Positions 15,962 to 24,983 of a stretch of DNA of 64,000 bases are shown here, one piece after another. The DNA comes from Nitrosomonadales bacterium. GTDB lineage: Bacteria; Pseudomonadota; Gammaproteobacteria; Burkholderiales; Gallionellaceae. Made by a program: the position numbers and the translations under genes. The notes below the pieces were generated by a model that saw only the letters and a program-made list of their open reading frames with translations, was not told the DNA's origin and ran no database searches. The stretch spans positions 8,677-72,676 of the forward strand of contig JANXWX010000034.1 of assembly GCA_025350915.1 (NCBI GenBank), given 5' to 3'. The stretch's first letter is position 1, and each line of letters begins with the position of its first letter.

Positions 15962-16678
15962 ATGAACGATAAAGCCAGTTTGCCACATTCGCCCACCGCT
16001 GAACTGATGCACTCAAAAGAAGCCTGGCGTGTATTCGGTATTATGTCAGAGTTCGTCTCCGCGACCCAACGTCTCAACAATATTCACCCGGCGGTCAGCA
16101 TTTTCGGCAGTGCGCGCACACCGCATGATCATCCTTATTTTCAGCTGACTGAAGAGATAGCGCGACTGCTCTCCGATGCCGGATTTTCGGTAATCTCCGG
16201 TGGCGGCCCCGGCATTATGGAGGCAGCCAACAAGGGTGCGTTCTACGGCAAGTCACCCAGTGTCGGCCTGAATATCCAGTTGCCGCATGAGCAGCATAAC
16301 AACCCCTACCAGAACGTGAGCCAAACCTTTCAGCATTTCTTTACGCGCAAGGTGATGTTCGTCAAGTTTGCAAGCGCTTACGTGGTGATGCCCGGTGGCT
16401 TTGGCACACTAGATGAGTTGATGGAAGCGCTTACCCTGGTACAAACCGGCAAGACCCGCCGCATCCCGATTATTCTGGTCGGGCAAAAATTCTGGGGCGG
16501 TTTGGTGGAGTGGATCAAAAACACATTGTTGGCGGAAAAAATGATTTCGCCGGAAGATATGGATTTAATCAAGATAATCGATGACCCACGAGCGATTGTT
16601 GATGCGATTTTCAAACACTATGAAACACGCGGATTTGAGCCATCGGAAGCCGAAATTGAGAAGCAGCTGAATCTGTAA
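15962..16678 (+). CDS. LOG family / TIGR00730 Rossmann-fold protein (lysine-decarboxylase-like nucleotide phosphoribohydrolase)
   Basis: 238-aa ORF. SGGGPGIMEAANKGA and the hallmark PGGFGTLDELMEAL are present. Confidence 0.9.
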   Translation: MNDKASLPHSPTAELMHSKEAWRVFGIMSEFVSATQRLNNIHPAVSIFGSARTPHDHPYFQLTEEIARLLSDAGFSVISGGGPGIMEAANKGAFYGKSPSVGLNIQLPHEQHNNPYQNVSQTFQHFFTRKVMFVKFASAYVVMPGGFGTLDELMEALTLVQTGKTRRIPIILVGQKFWGGLVEWIKNTLLAEKMISPEDMDLIKIIDDPRAIVDAIFKHYETRGFEPSEAEIEKQLNL

Positions 16679-16894
16679 TTGTTTTTACGTAGTCATTCAG
16701 TCGTGATCTGACAGCTACGTTTTGAGCCAGGTGTTGGCTGTTATTTTTGGCTGCTACGACTACCGTACCGGCTTATAGTAATTTTTCGTATTCCTTCAAT
16801 TTTTTTTGGCGTGGCGTTGGCGTTGTTTTTCTTCTTCCGCTTTTTGGTATTCGTTCCACTTTGCTTCAACGTAGGAATAGCCTTTTTTGCCCTT

Positions 16895-17045
16895 ATGTTA
16901 AAGCCGGGTGGAACAATTGCGGTTACGAGTTGGGCGCACGTCGATCAATCACCCGCAATGCAGACCATGTTTGGCGCCTTGCGGGTGATGAAGCCAAAAT
17001 TACCGGAACCTCAACGTGCAGTGGCAACGCTTGCCAACCATATCC
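16895..17045 (+). pseudogene. possible remnant of a class I SAM-dependent methyltransferase
   Basis: The segment ..LKPGGTIAVTSWAHVDQSPAMQTMFGALRVMKPKLPEP.. inside ORF 16811-17152 looks like the post-motif-III part of a class I methyltransferase. The ORF lacks any AdoMet-binding GxGxG region. Its N-terminus is low-complexity poly-Phe. Confidence 0.3.
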
Positions 17046-17184
17046 ACCACGCTAGGCTCAGATGCCTGGTTGGGTACCGCACTCAAATAAATATCAGCCT
17101 GTACGGCCGTATATGTGCTTTGCCTAAAGCCTTTTTCATGCGCATCGGCTAAAATACGCACATACAAATTATTGGAGTACGGCA

Positions 17185-17526
17185 ATGCGTTTATTGAGCG
17201 TTTTACTGTTGGCTAGTCTGGCTGGCACTGCCTTTGCCGGCGAAGCCCCCCTTACTCCCCAATATAAACCCCTGCCACCACCGCCCGCGATGGATCAGAA
17301 TGCGTCTGACAGCGATCTGGAGCCGCAGGTCACGATTACCGAAAAAAAGGATGTGCGGATTGAAGAATATCGTTCAGGCGGCAAGCTTTACATGATTAAA
17401 GTAACGCCTAAAGTTGGCCCACCCTATTATCTGATTGATGAGCAGGGAAACGGAAGTTTCGCACGTCAGGAGGAGCCGCTGGGCCCGCAGGTGAGCCCGC
17501 CACGTTGGGTGATCCATCGTTTTTAA
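17185..17526 (+). CDS. DUF2782 domain secreted protein
   Basis: 113-aa ORF. It has a signal peptide (LLLASLAGTAFA) and VTITEKKDVRIEEYRSGGKLYMIKVTPKVGPPYYLID. Its position between polA and thrB is typical for this family. Confidence 0.82.
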   Translation: MRLLSVLLLASLAGTAFAGEAPLTPQYKPLPPPPAMDQNASDSDLEPQVTITEKKDVRIEEYRSGGKLYMIKVTPKVGPPYYLIDEQGNGSFARQEEPLGPQVSPPRWVIHRF

Positions 17527-17571
17527 TTTATCAAATTTTCTATTGTGCAGACATAGTTCAGGTATCGTTTA

Positions 17572-18522
17572 ATGGCAGTTTTTACCAGCGTCAGTGAGCA
17601 GGAATTTTCCGCATGGCTCGGCAATTATTCACTCGGTACTTTGCTTGAGTTGCAGGGAATCTCATCCGGTATTGAAAACACGAATTATTTTGCAACAACG
17701 AGCAACGGACGTTTTGTATTAACCCTGTTTGAAAAGCTCAAGGCAGATGAGTTGCCTTTCTTTTTGAACCTGATGGCGCATCTTGCGCGGCACGGCATAC
17801 CCTGTCCGAGCCCGGTTGCGAATCGGCATGATCAATTTCTGGGCGAGCTGAATGGCAAGCCTGCCTGTATCGTCAGCCGGCTCACTGGTAAATCACTTAC
17901 GCATCCCACGGTAGCCAATTGTGCCGCAGTGGGTGCGATGCTTGCTCAGATGCACGTGGCGGGACTGGGTTTTGATGAGCCTATGGCGAACCCGCGCGGG
18001 GCTGCTTGGCGTGGCTCAGCAGCAACACAGGTAAGTTCATTTTTAACCGCTCAGGATGCAGCCTTGCTGCACAGTGAAGTTGCCTTTCACGAGCAGCATA
18101 CGCTGGCAGAATTGCCGCAGGGTGTCGTGCATGCCGACCTGTTTCGCGACAATGCGCTGTTCGATGGTGAGCGTGTGGGTGGCCTGATTGATTTTTATTT
18201 TGCCTGCAATGACAGCCTGTTGTATGACGTGGCCATTACGGTTAACGACTGGTGTGTGGGCGAGGGCGGCCAACTGAATGTTGCGCGTACCCGGGCTTTG
18301 CTCGATGCATACAATGTGGTGCGCCCCTTTACCGAGCGGGAAGCAAGCTTGTGGTCAGTTGCTCTGCGTGTGGCGGCGTTGCGTTTTTGGATTTCCCGCC
18401 TGTTTGATTTGCACAAACCGCGTGGAGGCGAGCTGGTTAACGCGCACAACCCTGATCAATTCAAACATATTTTGCAACGGCATATCGCTGCAAATGGAGA
18501 TGTTATTCGCTTGAGGCCATGA
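17572..18522 (+). CDS. thrB: homoserine kinase (APH-fold ThrB type)
   Basis: 316-aa ORF. MAVFTSVSEQEFSAWLGNYSLGTLLELQGISSGIENTNYF and the kinase core GVVHADLFRDNALF are present. Confidence 0.92.
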   Translation: MAVFTSVSEQEFSAWLGNYSLGTLLELQGISSGIENTNYFATTSNGRFVLTLFEKLKADELPFFLNLMAHLARHGIPCPSPVANRHDQFLGELNGKPACIVSRLTGKSLTHPTVANCAAVGAMLAQMHVAGLGFDEPMANPRGAAWRGSAATQVSSFLTAQDAALLHSEVAFHEQHTLAELPQGVVHADLFRDNALFDGERVGGLIDFYFACNDSLLYDVAITVNDWCVGEGGQLNVARTRALLDAYNVVRPFTEREASLWSVALRVAALRFWISRLFDLHKPRGGELVNAHNPDQFKHILQRHIAANGDVIRLRP

Positions 18523-19292
18523 TGAAAATTCAAAAAATACCACCCAGCCACGGTTTGTTGTGGATAAAGCACGGTTACCGTTTGATCATGCGCAGTCCGC
18601 TGCATGCTTTGTCATTGGCGATGGTTTTTTTGATGTCGATGATGCTGGTGATGGTTATACCTGTCGGTGGAATTTTGTTTGCGATGCTGCTGATGCCGGT
18701 AATGATGGCTGGCTATATGCGTGTTTGCCGTGCACTGGAATACAGCGAAAAAGTGGTGCCACGATATATTTTTTCCGGCTTTGAAAGCAGAACAGCGCAG
18801 CTTGTATCGATAGGCGGCATGCTGCTGGTGGGTATGCTGGTGGTTTCCATGATTACAGTGATGATTGGTGGGGATACCTTGAACACCCTGATTACCGCCT
18901 ATCAAAAACAGCCCGACTCCCATGTTATGCTGGAAGCGATGCTGGCACCCGATTCCGGTTTGATGCCGAGTTTGCTGACAGGATTGATACTGCTGTTTGT
19001 ACTGATGCTGGCACTGCAGTACGCGCCGATGCTGGTTTACTTTGATCAGAAAACACCAATCGAAGCAATCAAGCTGAGTATGCAAGGCTCGTTGCGAAAT
19101 ATCATCCCGTTGACGGTGTACAGCATGCTTATGCAACTGCTTGCATTTTTCGTGAGTGTGATTCCGTTTAATCTGGGCATCTTTATTTTTCTGCCGATTG
19201 CACTGACTTCAATGTATGTCAGTTATCGCGATATTTTTGCTGAAGAAAAAGTAGAAGCATCTCCCCCGGATATTGATCAGCCTTCTGTTTAG
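18519..19292 (+). CDS. multi-pass membrane protein (BPSS1780-like)
   Basis: 257-aa hydrophobic ORF overlapping the thrB stop by 4 nt. The N-terminal PPSHGLLWIKHGYRLIMRSPLHALSLAMVF resembles the BPSS1780 membrane-protein family found after thrB in Burkholderiales. Confidence 0.7.
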   Translation: MMKIQKIPPSHGLLWIKHGYRLIMRSPLHALSLAMVFLMSMMLVMVIPVGGILFAMLLMPVMMAGYMRVCRALEYSEKVVPRYIFSGFESRTAQLVSIGGMLLVGMLVVSMITVMIGGDTLNTLITAYQKQPDSHVMLEAMLAPDSGLMPSLLTGLILLFVLMLALQYAPMLVYFDQKTPIEAIKLSMQGSLRNIIPLTVYSMLMQLLAFFVSVIPFNLGIFIFLPIALTSMYVSYRDIFAEEKVEASPPDIDQPSV

Positions 19293-19630
19293 CTTTTGAA
19301 TTCCTCAAATGCCAGCAGCACTTCCGCTGCATACATCAATGACGGCCCACCGCCCATGTACACCGCGACCGCCAGCATTTCATTCACCTGCCCACGTGTT
19401 GCGCCCAGTCTAACCAGTCCCTTTACATGAAAACCGATACAACCATCGCAGCGTGTTGAAACTGCAATACCGGTGGCGATTAACTCTTTCTGCAGCGCAG
19501 ATAGAACACCGTCTGCCATTGCTGTCTTGGCCAGTGTATCAAAAGCCGCCATCGGCTCTTTAGCTTCGCTGCGGAATGGCATCAGCAGTTGCTTGATATT
19601 TTGCGTAATTTCTTTGTACGATTTGCCCAT
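19289..19630 (-). CDS. carboxymuconolactone decarboxylase (AhpD-like) family protein
   Basis: 113-aa ORF with the CxxC-containing motif TRCDGCIGFHVKGL, typical of CMD/AhpD-like proteins. Confidence 0.85.
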   Translation of the reverse strand: MGKSYKEITQNIKQLLMPFRSEAKEPMAAFDTLAKTAMADGVLSALQKELIATGIAVSTRCDGCIGFHVKGLVRLGATRGQVNEMLAVAVYMGGGPSLMYAAEVLLAFEEFKS

Positions 19631-19675
19631 GTTTATCTCCTTGTGGTTGAATATTGGATTCTGAAAAAACTTTTT

Positions 19676-19861
19676 GCCACAGAGTACACAGAGATCACAG
19701 AGAATGCGAGGTGCTCAGAGGTTAGTGCATTGCACTCATGGAGTAATGTGCCTAAAGATACAGATTCAACATTACCGTTCTGTGGCCTCTGTACCCGCAA
19801 GGAGCAGGCCGAGATTGTAGGGTGCTAAAGCACCAGCAACGTACGCTCTGTTCCCTGTGGC
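19676..19861. repeat. intergenic element with CACAGAG 9-nt periodic repeats and imperfect terminal inverted repeats
   Basis: The left arm GCCACAGAGTACACAGAGATCACAGAG carries CACAGAG at 19678, 19687 and 19696. An internal inverted copy CTGTGGCCTCTGT lies at 19780-19792. The right arm CTCTGTTCCCTGTGGC at 19846-19861 is the reverse complement of GCCACAGGGAACAGAG. Internal hairpins are AGTGCA-t-TGCACT and GGTGCT-aa-AGCACC. Confidence 0.4.
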
Positions 19862-19874
19862 TAGTTTGAGAATT

Positions 19875-22040
19875 TTATAGCGCAGTCAATTTAGCATACT
19901 CCAGCGATAACCATTTGCTGCCTGTCTTGCGAAACTGTACCTGTACTCGCGCATCCGCACCGTTACCTTCAACGCTCAAGACGACCCCTTCGCCAAATTT
20001 AGCATGCTCCACATTTTGCCCGATGCGCCAGCCGCTCATGTCTGCAGGGCGTTTCGCGGGGGCGGCATAATCGGCTACAGCATGCTGGGTAGGGTAGGGA
20101 GCGTAGGCCGGTTTAAATGCGCTGCGGGGAGCCAGGCGCGGGGTAATCCAATGCAGCAGTTCTTCCGGCAGTTCGCGCATAAAACTAGAAACCATCGCGG
20201 AGTTAGTTTGGCCGTGCAACATGCGGCTTTGCGCAAAGGTGAGATACAGGCGACGGCGCGCGCGGGTGATCGCCACATACATCAGGCGGCGCTCCTCGCC
20301 GAGGCCGTCTTCCATATGCTGGCTGTTCTGGTGCGGGAACAGGCCTTCTTCCATGCCGGTGATAAACACGCTGTGAAATTCCAGTCCTTTTGAGGCATGC
20401 ACCGTCATCAGGTGCAGTGCATCGTCCTGATCGCCGGCCTGATGCTCGCCTGCCTCAAGCGAGGCATGGCTAAGGAAAGAGGTGAGGCTATCGTCCTCAT
20501 TTTCATGTACGAACAGGGTTGCGGCATTGAGCAGTTCATTCAGGTTTTCAAGACGCTCTTCGGCTTCGCGTTTTTTTGCGCCCGTTTCATTGCTGTAATG
20601 TGCGATCAGTCCGCTTTCATTTAATACATGGCCGATGATCTCGGGTAGTGGCAATTCGCGCGTGGCGCTGCGCATCGCTACTATCATGCCGACAAATGCG
20701 GACACTTTTCCACCAGCACGCGCTGCCGCGTCAAACAACGTCGTGTTGTTCATCTTCGCCACTTCCTGCAATTGCTCTATGCTGCGCGCGCCGATACCAC
20801 GGGTGGGGAAGTTGATAATACGCAGCAGCGCATTGTCGTCATCGGTGTTTTCCATCACGCGCAGATAGGCCAGTGCATGCTTGATTTCCTGGCGTTCAAA
20901 GAAGCGCAGGCCGCCATAAACCCGGTAGGACAAACCCGCAGAAACCAGTGAATGTTCAAGTACGCGCGATTGGGCATTGGAGCGATACAGCAGCGCGATC
21001 TCGCGCAGATTGATACCCTCGGATTTTAATTGCTGAATTTCGCTGACAATAAAATTTGCCTCTTCCACATCGGTAGGGGCTTCGTAAACGCGCAATGGTT
21101 CACCGCCGCTTTCTGCAGTCCATAATTCCTTGCCGAGGCGGTTCTGGTTGTTGCTGATCAGCGCATTGGCGGCATCGAGTATGTTGCCGTGCGAACGGTA
21201 ATTCTGCTCAAGTTTGATCACATTTTCGACATGAAAATCACGCAGTAATTCTTGCATATTGCCGACATTCGCTCCGCGGAAAGCATAGATAGACTGGTCG
21301 TCGTCACCTACGGCAAACAGTGCATTGTCTTTGCCCGCAAGCAGTTTCAGCCAGCGGTACTGCAATGGGTTGGTGTCCTGAAACTCATCAACCAGGATGT
21401 GTTTGAAACGTGCCTGATAATGTTCGCGTATCGCCGCATTGCGTGACAGCAGTTCATAGCTGCGCAGCAATAACTCCGAAAAATCCACCACGCCCTCACG
21501 CTGGCACTGGGCGTCATATTCGGCAAAGATTTCAACTTTGCGCCGCGTGTAAGGGTCGTATGCTTCAACATCATTCGCGCGCAGGCCCTGTTCCTTGCTG
21601 CCGCTGATAAAATTTTGCACTTCGCGGGGGATGAATTTTTTATCATCGATATTCATGGCTTTCATTACACGCTTGATCGCGGATAACTGGTCGCCACTGT
21701 CAAGTATCTGAAAAGTCTGCGGCAAATTCGCTTCGCGAAAATGCGCGCGCAACATGCGGTTACACAGGCCGTGAAAGGTGCCTATCCACATGCCGCGCGT
21801 ATTGATGGGCAACATTGAAGTGAGGCGCGTGATCATTTCCTTGGCAGCCTTGTTGGTAAACGTCACCGCAAGAATGCCATGCGGGCTGACCGTGCCTGTG
21901 CTGATTAAATAAGCGATACGAGTGGTCAAGACGCGCGTCTTGCCGCTGCCGGCACCGGCAAGAATAAGGGCCGACTGGTGTGGCAGGGTGACCGCCTGTT
22001 GCTGGGGGGGGTTGAGGCCGGATAGAAGTGTAGTGTTCAT
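19875..22040 (-). CDS. uvrD: DNA helicase II (UvrD)
   Basis: I place the start at MNTTLLSGLNPPQQQAV (ATG at 22038-22040), not the track start at 22133. Walker A AGAGSGKTRVLT, motif II VDEFQDTN and helicase motifs VGDDDQSIYAFRGA and TVHASKGLEF are present. The C-terminal tail reads GQNVEHAKFGEGVV. Confidence 0.93.
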   Translation of the reverse strand: MNTTLLSGLNPPQQQAVTLPHQSALILAGAGSGKTRVLTTRIAYLISTGTVSPHGILAVTFTNKAAKEMITRLTSMLPINTRGMWIGTFHGLCNRMLRAHFREANLPQTFQILDSGDQLSAIKRVMKAMNIDDKKFIPREVQNFISGSKEQGLRANDVEAYDPYTRRKVEIFAEYDAQCQREGVVDFSELLLRSYELLSRNAAIREHYQARFKHILVDEFQDTNPLQYRWLKLLAGKDNALFAVGDDDQSIYAFRGANVGNMQELLRDFHVENVIKLEQNYRSHGNILDAANALISNNQNRLGKELWTAESGGEPLRVYEAPTDVEEANFIVSEIQQLKSEGINLREIALLYRSNAQSRVLEHSLVSAGLSYRVYGGLRFFERQEIKHALAYLRVMENTDDDNALLRIINFPTRGIGARSIEQLQEVAKMNNTTLFDAAARAGGKVSAFVGMIVAMRSATRELPLPEIIGHVLNESGLIAHYSNETGAKKREAEERLENLNELLNAATLFVHENEDDSLTSFLSHASLEAGEHQAGDQDDALHLMTVHASKGLEFHSVFITGMEEGLFPHQNSQHMEDGLGEERRLMYVAITRARRRLYLTFAQSRMLHGQTNSAMVSSFMRELPEELLHWITPRLAPRSAFKPAYAPYPTQHAVADYAAPAKRPADMSGWRIGQNVEHAKFGEGVVLSVEGNGADARVQVQFRKTGSKWLSLEYAKLTAL

Positions 22041-22090
22041 GGCGTAATTATCCCACAGGGCTTGTGTGCGAACATTGTTATGTACCAAAC

Positions 22091-22126
22091 AAAAAGGGGA
22101 AGCCCGTAATCTGGCTTCCCCTTTTT
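22091..22126 (-). terminator. rho-independent terminator downstream of prk
   Basis: The sequence is AAAAAGGGGAAGCC-cgtaatct-GGCTTCCCCTTTTT. The stem is 14 bp including the A/T extensions. On the minus strand a T-rich tail follows. It lies 39 nt after the prk stop. Confidence 0.65.
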
Positions 22127-22164
22127 GCTTCATGCCGGGTTGCCTCCGGCGTGCTTTGTTGCGG

Positions 22165-23055
22165 TTACTTCTTTTTGTTTTCGATCATCTCATGCATGAT
22201 CGGTGCAAGGATAATTTCCATTGCGTAGCTCATTTTGCCACCGGGTACTACCAGTGTGTTGGTACGCGACATGAACGAGCCGGGGATCATCTTGAGCATG
22301 TAGGGGAAATCCACTCCTTTGGGCTGGCGGAAGCGAACGACGACAAAACTTTCATCAGGCGTGGGGATGTCGCGTGCGATGAAAGGGTTGGAAGTATCCA
22401 CCGTAGCAACGCGCTGGAAGTTGATATCCGTGCGTGAAAATTGCGGTGTGATGAATTTGATGTAGTCAGGCATGCGACGCATGATGGTATCTACCGTTGC
22501 TTCGGCAGAGTAGCCGCGCTCGGCCTGATCGCGGTGTATCTTCTGGATCCATTCCAGGTTCACAACCGGTACCACGCCAATACCAAGGTCTACATATTTG
22601 GCAGCATCAACCTTGCCGTCGGTAGCCAGGCCATGCAGGCCTTCATAAAACAGCAGATCCGAATTTTTTTCGATGTCTTCCCAGGGTGTAAATACGCCTG
22701 GCTTAAGATCAGTCAGATTAAAATGTTTGTTGTGTTGTACTGCTTCTGCGTCACTGTGTACATAGTAACGACGCTGGCACATGCCCTTTTCGCCGTAGTT
22801 CTTGAAAGTTTCTTCGATCTTGTCGAAGTGGTTTGCTTCCGGGCCAAAGTGACTGAAGGAATGGTTACCCGCTTTGGCTGCTTCTGCCGATGCGGCGCGG
22901 AACGCCATGCGATCCAGGCTGTGCAAACTGTCGCCTTCGACGACGGCGGCGGTGATTTTTTCACGGCGGAAAATATTTTCAAAGGCGCGCTTGACGGTAG
23001 TTGTACCCGCTCCTGAGGAACCGGTAACTGCAATAACGGGATGCTTGCGGGACAT
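22165..23055 (-). CDS. prk: phosphoribulokinase
   Basis: 296-aa ORF. The start MSRKHPVIAVTGSSGAGTTTVKRAFENIFRRE contains a P-loop. Later SHFGPEANHFD and VNLEWIQKIHRD match bacterial PRK. Confidence 0.92.
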   Translation of the reverse strand: MSRKHPVIAVTGSSGAGTTTVKRAFENIFRREKITAAVVEGDSLHSLDRMAFRAASAEAAKAGNHSFSHFGPEANHFDKIEETFKNYGEKGMCQRRYYVHSDAEAVQHNKHFNLTDLKPGVFTPWEDIEKNSDLLFYEGLHGLATDGKVDAAKYVDLGIGVVPVVNLEWIQKIHRDQAERGYSAEATVDTIMRRMPDYIKFITPQFSRTDINFQRVATVDTSNPFIARDIPTPDESFVVVRFRQPKGVDFPYMLKMIPGSFMSRTNTLVVPGGKMSYAMEIILAPIMHEMIENKKK

Positions 23056-23237
23056 AAAAACCTCTTAAAAGATGAAGGATAGGAAAAATTTTAATCCGGC
23101 CATTCTAGCAGAACCGACACAAGCGGGCAAAAAGGCCGACTGGAGGAGCACAGGGGTGTGCGCACTTGCCAGTAGTATTGGCTTGATTAAGTGTGAGTAC
23201 AGGTTGATTTATCTATTTTTAGCGGAAATTAATGAAT

Positions 23238-23510
23238 TTACTGCTTCGGTGGAACATAGCCAGCGGGCATGGCCGAGCCCGTGCCGAAAAGGTATTTTTC
23301 CATTTCGTCGGCCAGGAATTTGCGTGCCTTCGCATCTGTCAAATTTAGGCGATTCTCGTTAACTTGCATAGTTTGAAATTTCAACCAGCCCTGCCACGCT
23401 TCCTTGGAAATATTCTCATAAATGCGCTGGCCCATAGCACCGGGATAGGTTGGGCGATCGAGGCCCTCAGCTTCACGACCCAGTTTTACGCAGTTCACCA
23501 TTCTTGTCAT
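23238..23510 (-). CDS. yggX: oxidative damage protection protein YggX (Fe2+-trafficking)
   Basis: [57 protein letters not shown] is the YggX signature. I prefer the ATG at 23510, which has GGGG 6 nt upstream, over the track start at 23522. Confidence 0.88.
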   Translation of the reverse strand: MTRMVNCVKLGREAEGLDRPTYPGAMGQRIYENISKEAWQGWLKFQTMQVNENRLNLTDAKARKFLADEMEKYLFGTGSAMPAGYVPPKQ

Positions 23511-23631
23511 CACATGCCCCAATACAAAGTTTCAATTCGTAATTATGACATTACTTCGGTGATGAGTCTTGTGGTTTAAACCCACTCTGCATGGAAGGTT
23601 TCAATCGTAGAAAGTAAATACCTGGCAAAAT

Positions 23632-24963
23632 TTATTTTAATTTTTTGACAAATACCTTGGAACGCCGCTGATAGTTATATAACTGTTTTTTCTGTTCTGG
23701 CAGTGCTGAGATATCCGTTTCGGTAAACCCCCGCTCAACAAACCAGTGTGCGGTGCGGGTCGTCAATACAACCAGTTTGTTTAATTTCTGTTCACGTGCT
23801 TCGGCGCTGATATAGTTGAGCAGCGCGTCACCATAGCCATGCCGCCGGTAGGCGGGCTGTATCGCAAGGCAGGCCAGTTCGGCAGTCTTTTCATTGGCGA
23901 AGGGATATAGCGCGGCGCAGCCGATAATAATATGGTCATGTTCCAGCACGACGAAGCGGTCGATTTCCCGCTCCAGCAATTCACGGCTGCGGCGCACCAG
24001 TATGCCCTCTGTTTCAAGTGGTTCCAATATTTGCAGGATGGCGCCCACATCATCAATGGTGGCATCACGCAGGGTGTTAAGTGTGCTTTCCACCACCATG
24101 CTGCCTACACCCACATCGGAAAATAGCTCCTGCAACACGGCACCGTCAATATGACGGCTAATAAGGTGAGTACGGGTGACACCACCCTCGCAGGCACGAA
24201 TCGCACAGGGTAGAAACAACCCCACATCGTCGGGTAGTTTGCGTTTACTGCCCAGAATATCATTGGCATTGGCGATGGTCAGCTCGCCGATCAGCTTGCC
24301 CTTTTTGTCCATCACCCCGTCGGTATCCATCAGGAAAATCAGCTTGTCGGCATCCAGTGCAATGGCGGTGGAAGTTGCCACATCTTCCAGCGTAAGGTTG
24401 AAAATTTCGCCTGTGGGTGAAAAGCCCAGTGGTGATAACAAAACGACCTCGTTGTAGGCTAACCTGTCCCTGATTGCTGCCGTGTCAACCTTGCGCACGT
24501 TTCCGGTATGCAGCAAATCCACACCGTGGATAACACCCATCGGTTGGGCTGTAATAAAATTTCCGCCGGCGACGCGGATGTCAGCATTGGCCATCGGAGA
24601 GTTGGCCAGCCCCATCGAGAGCAAGGCCTCAATTTCAAAACGCACCCTTCCCACCGCCTCTTTGACGCACAGCATGGTGGAGGCATCGGTCAGGCGGATG
24701 CCATGATGGTAATGGTCGTCAATTTGATTGTGCGACAAGTGTTGCTCGATTTGCGGGCGTGCGCCATGCACCAGCACCAGCCTGACACCGAGGCTGGCCA
24801 GCAGATTGAGGTCGTGTGTCAGCTCGACAAATTTACCGTCAGCGACGACCTCTCCGCCAAAAGCGACGACGAAGGTTTTGCCTCGAAATGCATTGATATA
24901 GGGCGCAACAGAGCGAAACCAGGCAACGAAGTCGGTAGTGGCGGGAGCGGGGATGTGTTGCAT
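23632..24963 (-). CDS. argA: amino-acid N-acetyltransferase (N-acetylglutamate synthase)
   Basis: 443-aa ORF. The N-terminal amino-acid-kinase fold reads FVAWFRSVAPYINAFRGKTFVVAFGGE. The C-terminal GNAT domain has AIQPAYRRHGYGDALL. Confidence 0.92.
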   Translation of the reverse strand: MQHIPAPATTDFVAWFRSVAPYINAFRGKTFVVAFGGEVVADGKFVELTHDLNLLASLGVRLVLVHGARPQIEQHLSHNQIDDHYHHGIRLTDASTMLCVKEAVGRVRFEIEALLSMGLANSPMANADIRVAGGNFITAQPMGVIHGVDLLHTGNVRKVDTAAIRDRLAYNEVVLLSPLGFSPTGEIFNLTLEDVATSTAIALDADKLIFLMDTDGVMDKKGKLIGELTIANANDILGSKRKLPDDVGLFLPCAIRACEGGVTRTHLISRHIDGAVLQELFSDVGVGSMVVESTLNTLRDATIDDVGAILQILEPLETEGILVRRSRELLEREIDRFVVLEHDHIIIGCAALYPFANEKTAELACLAIQPAYRRHGYGDALLNYISAEAREQKLNKLVVLTTRTAHWFVERGFTETDISALPEQKKQLYNYQRRSKVFVKKLK

Positions 24964-24983
24964 AAGTCTAAGCGCCTATTAAG

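Noticed and set aside
16811-17152. A 113-aa ORF considered as an intact gene.
   Set aside because: Its N-terminus is poly-Phe low complexity. It has no RBS, and only a short internal segment looks protein-like. I treat it as a possible gene remnant instead.
18612-19136. A 174-aa His/Gln-rich minus-strand ORF.
   Set aside because: It is antisense to the hydrophobic membrane-protein gene (18519-19292). Its composition is the mirror image of Leu/Met/Val codons. I treat it as an artefact.
22041-22133. The uvrD ORF in the track has a 31-codon N-terminal extension (MKQKGEARLRASPFCLVHNN...).
   Set aside because: The extension runs through the prk terminator hairpin (22091-22126). UvrD homologues start at MNTTLLSGLNPPQ directly before the Walker A region. 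ATG 22040 is therefore the credible start.
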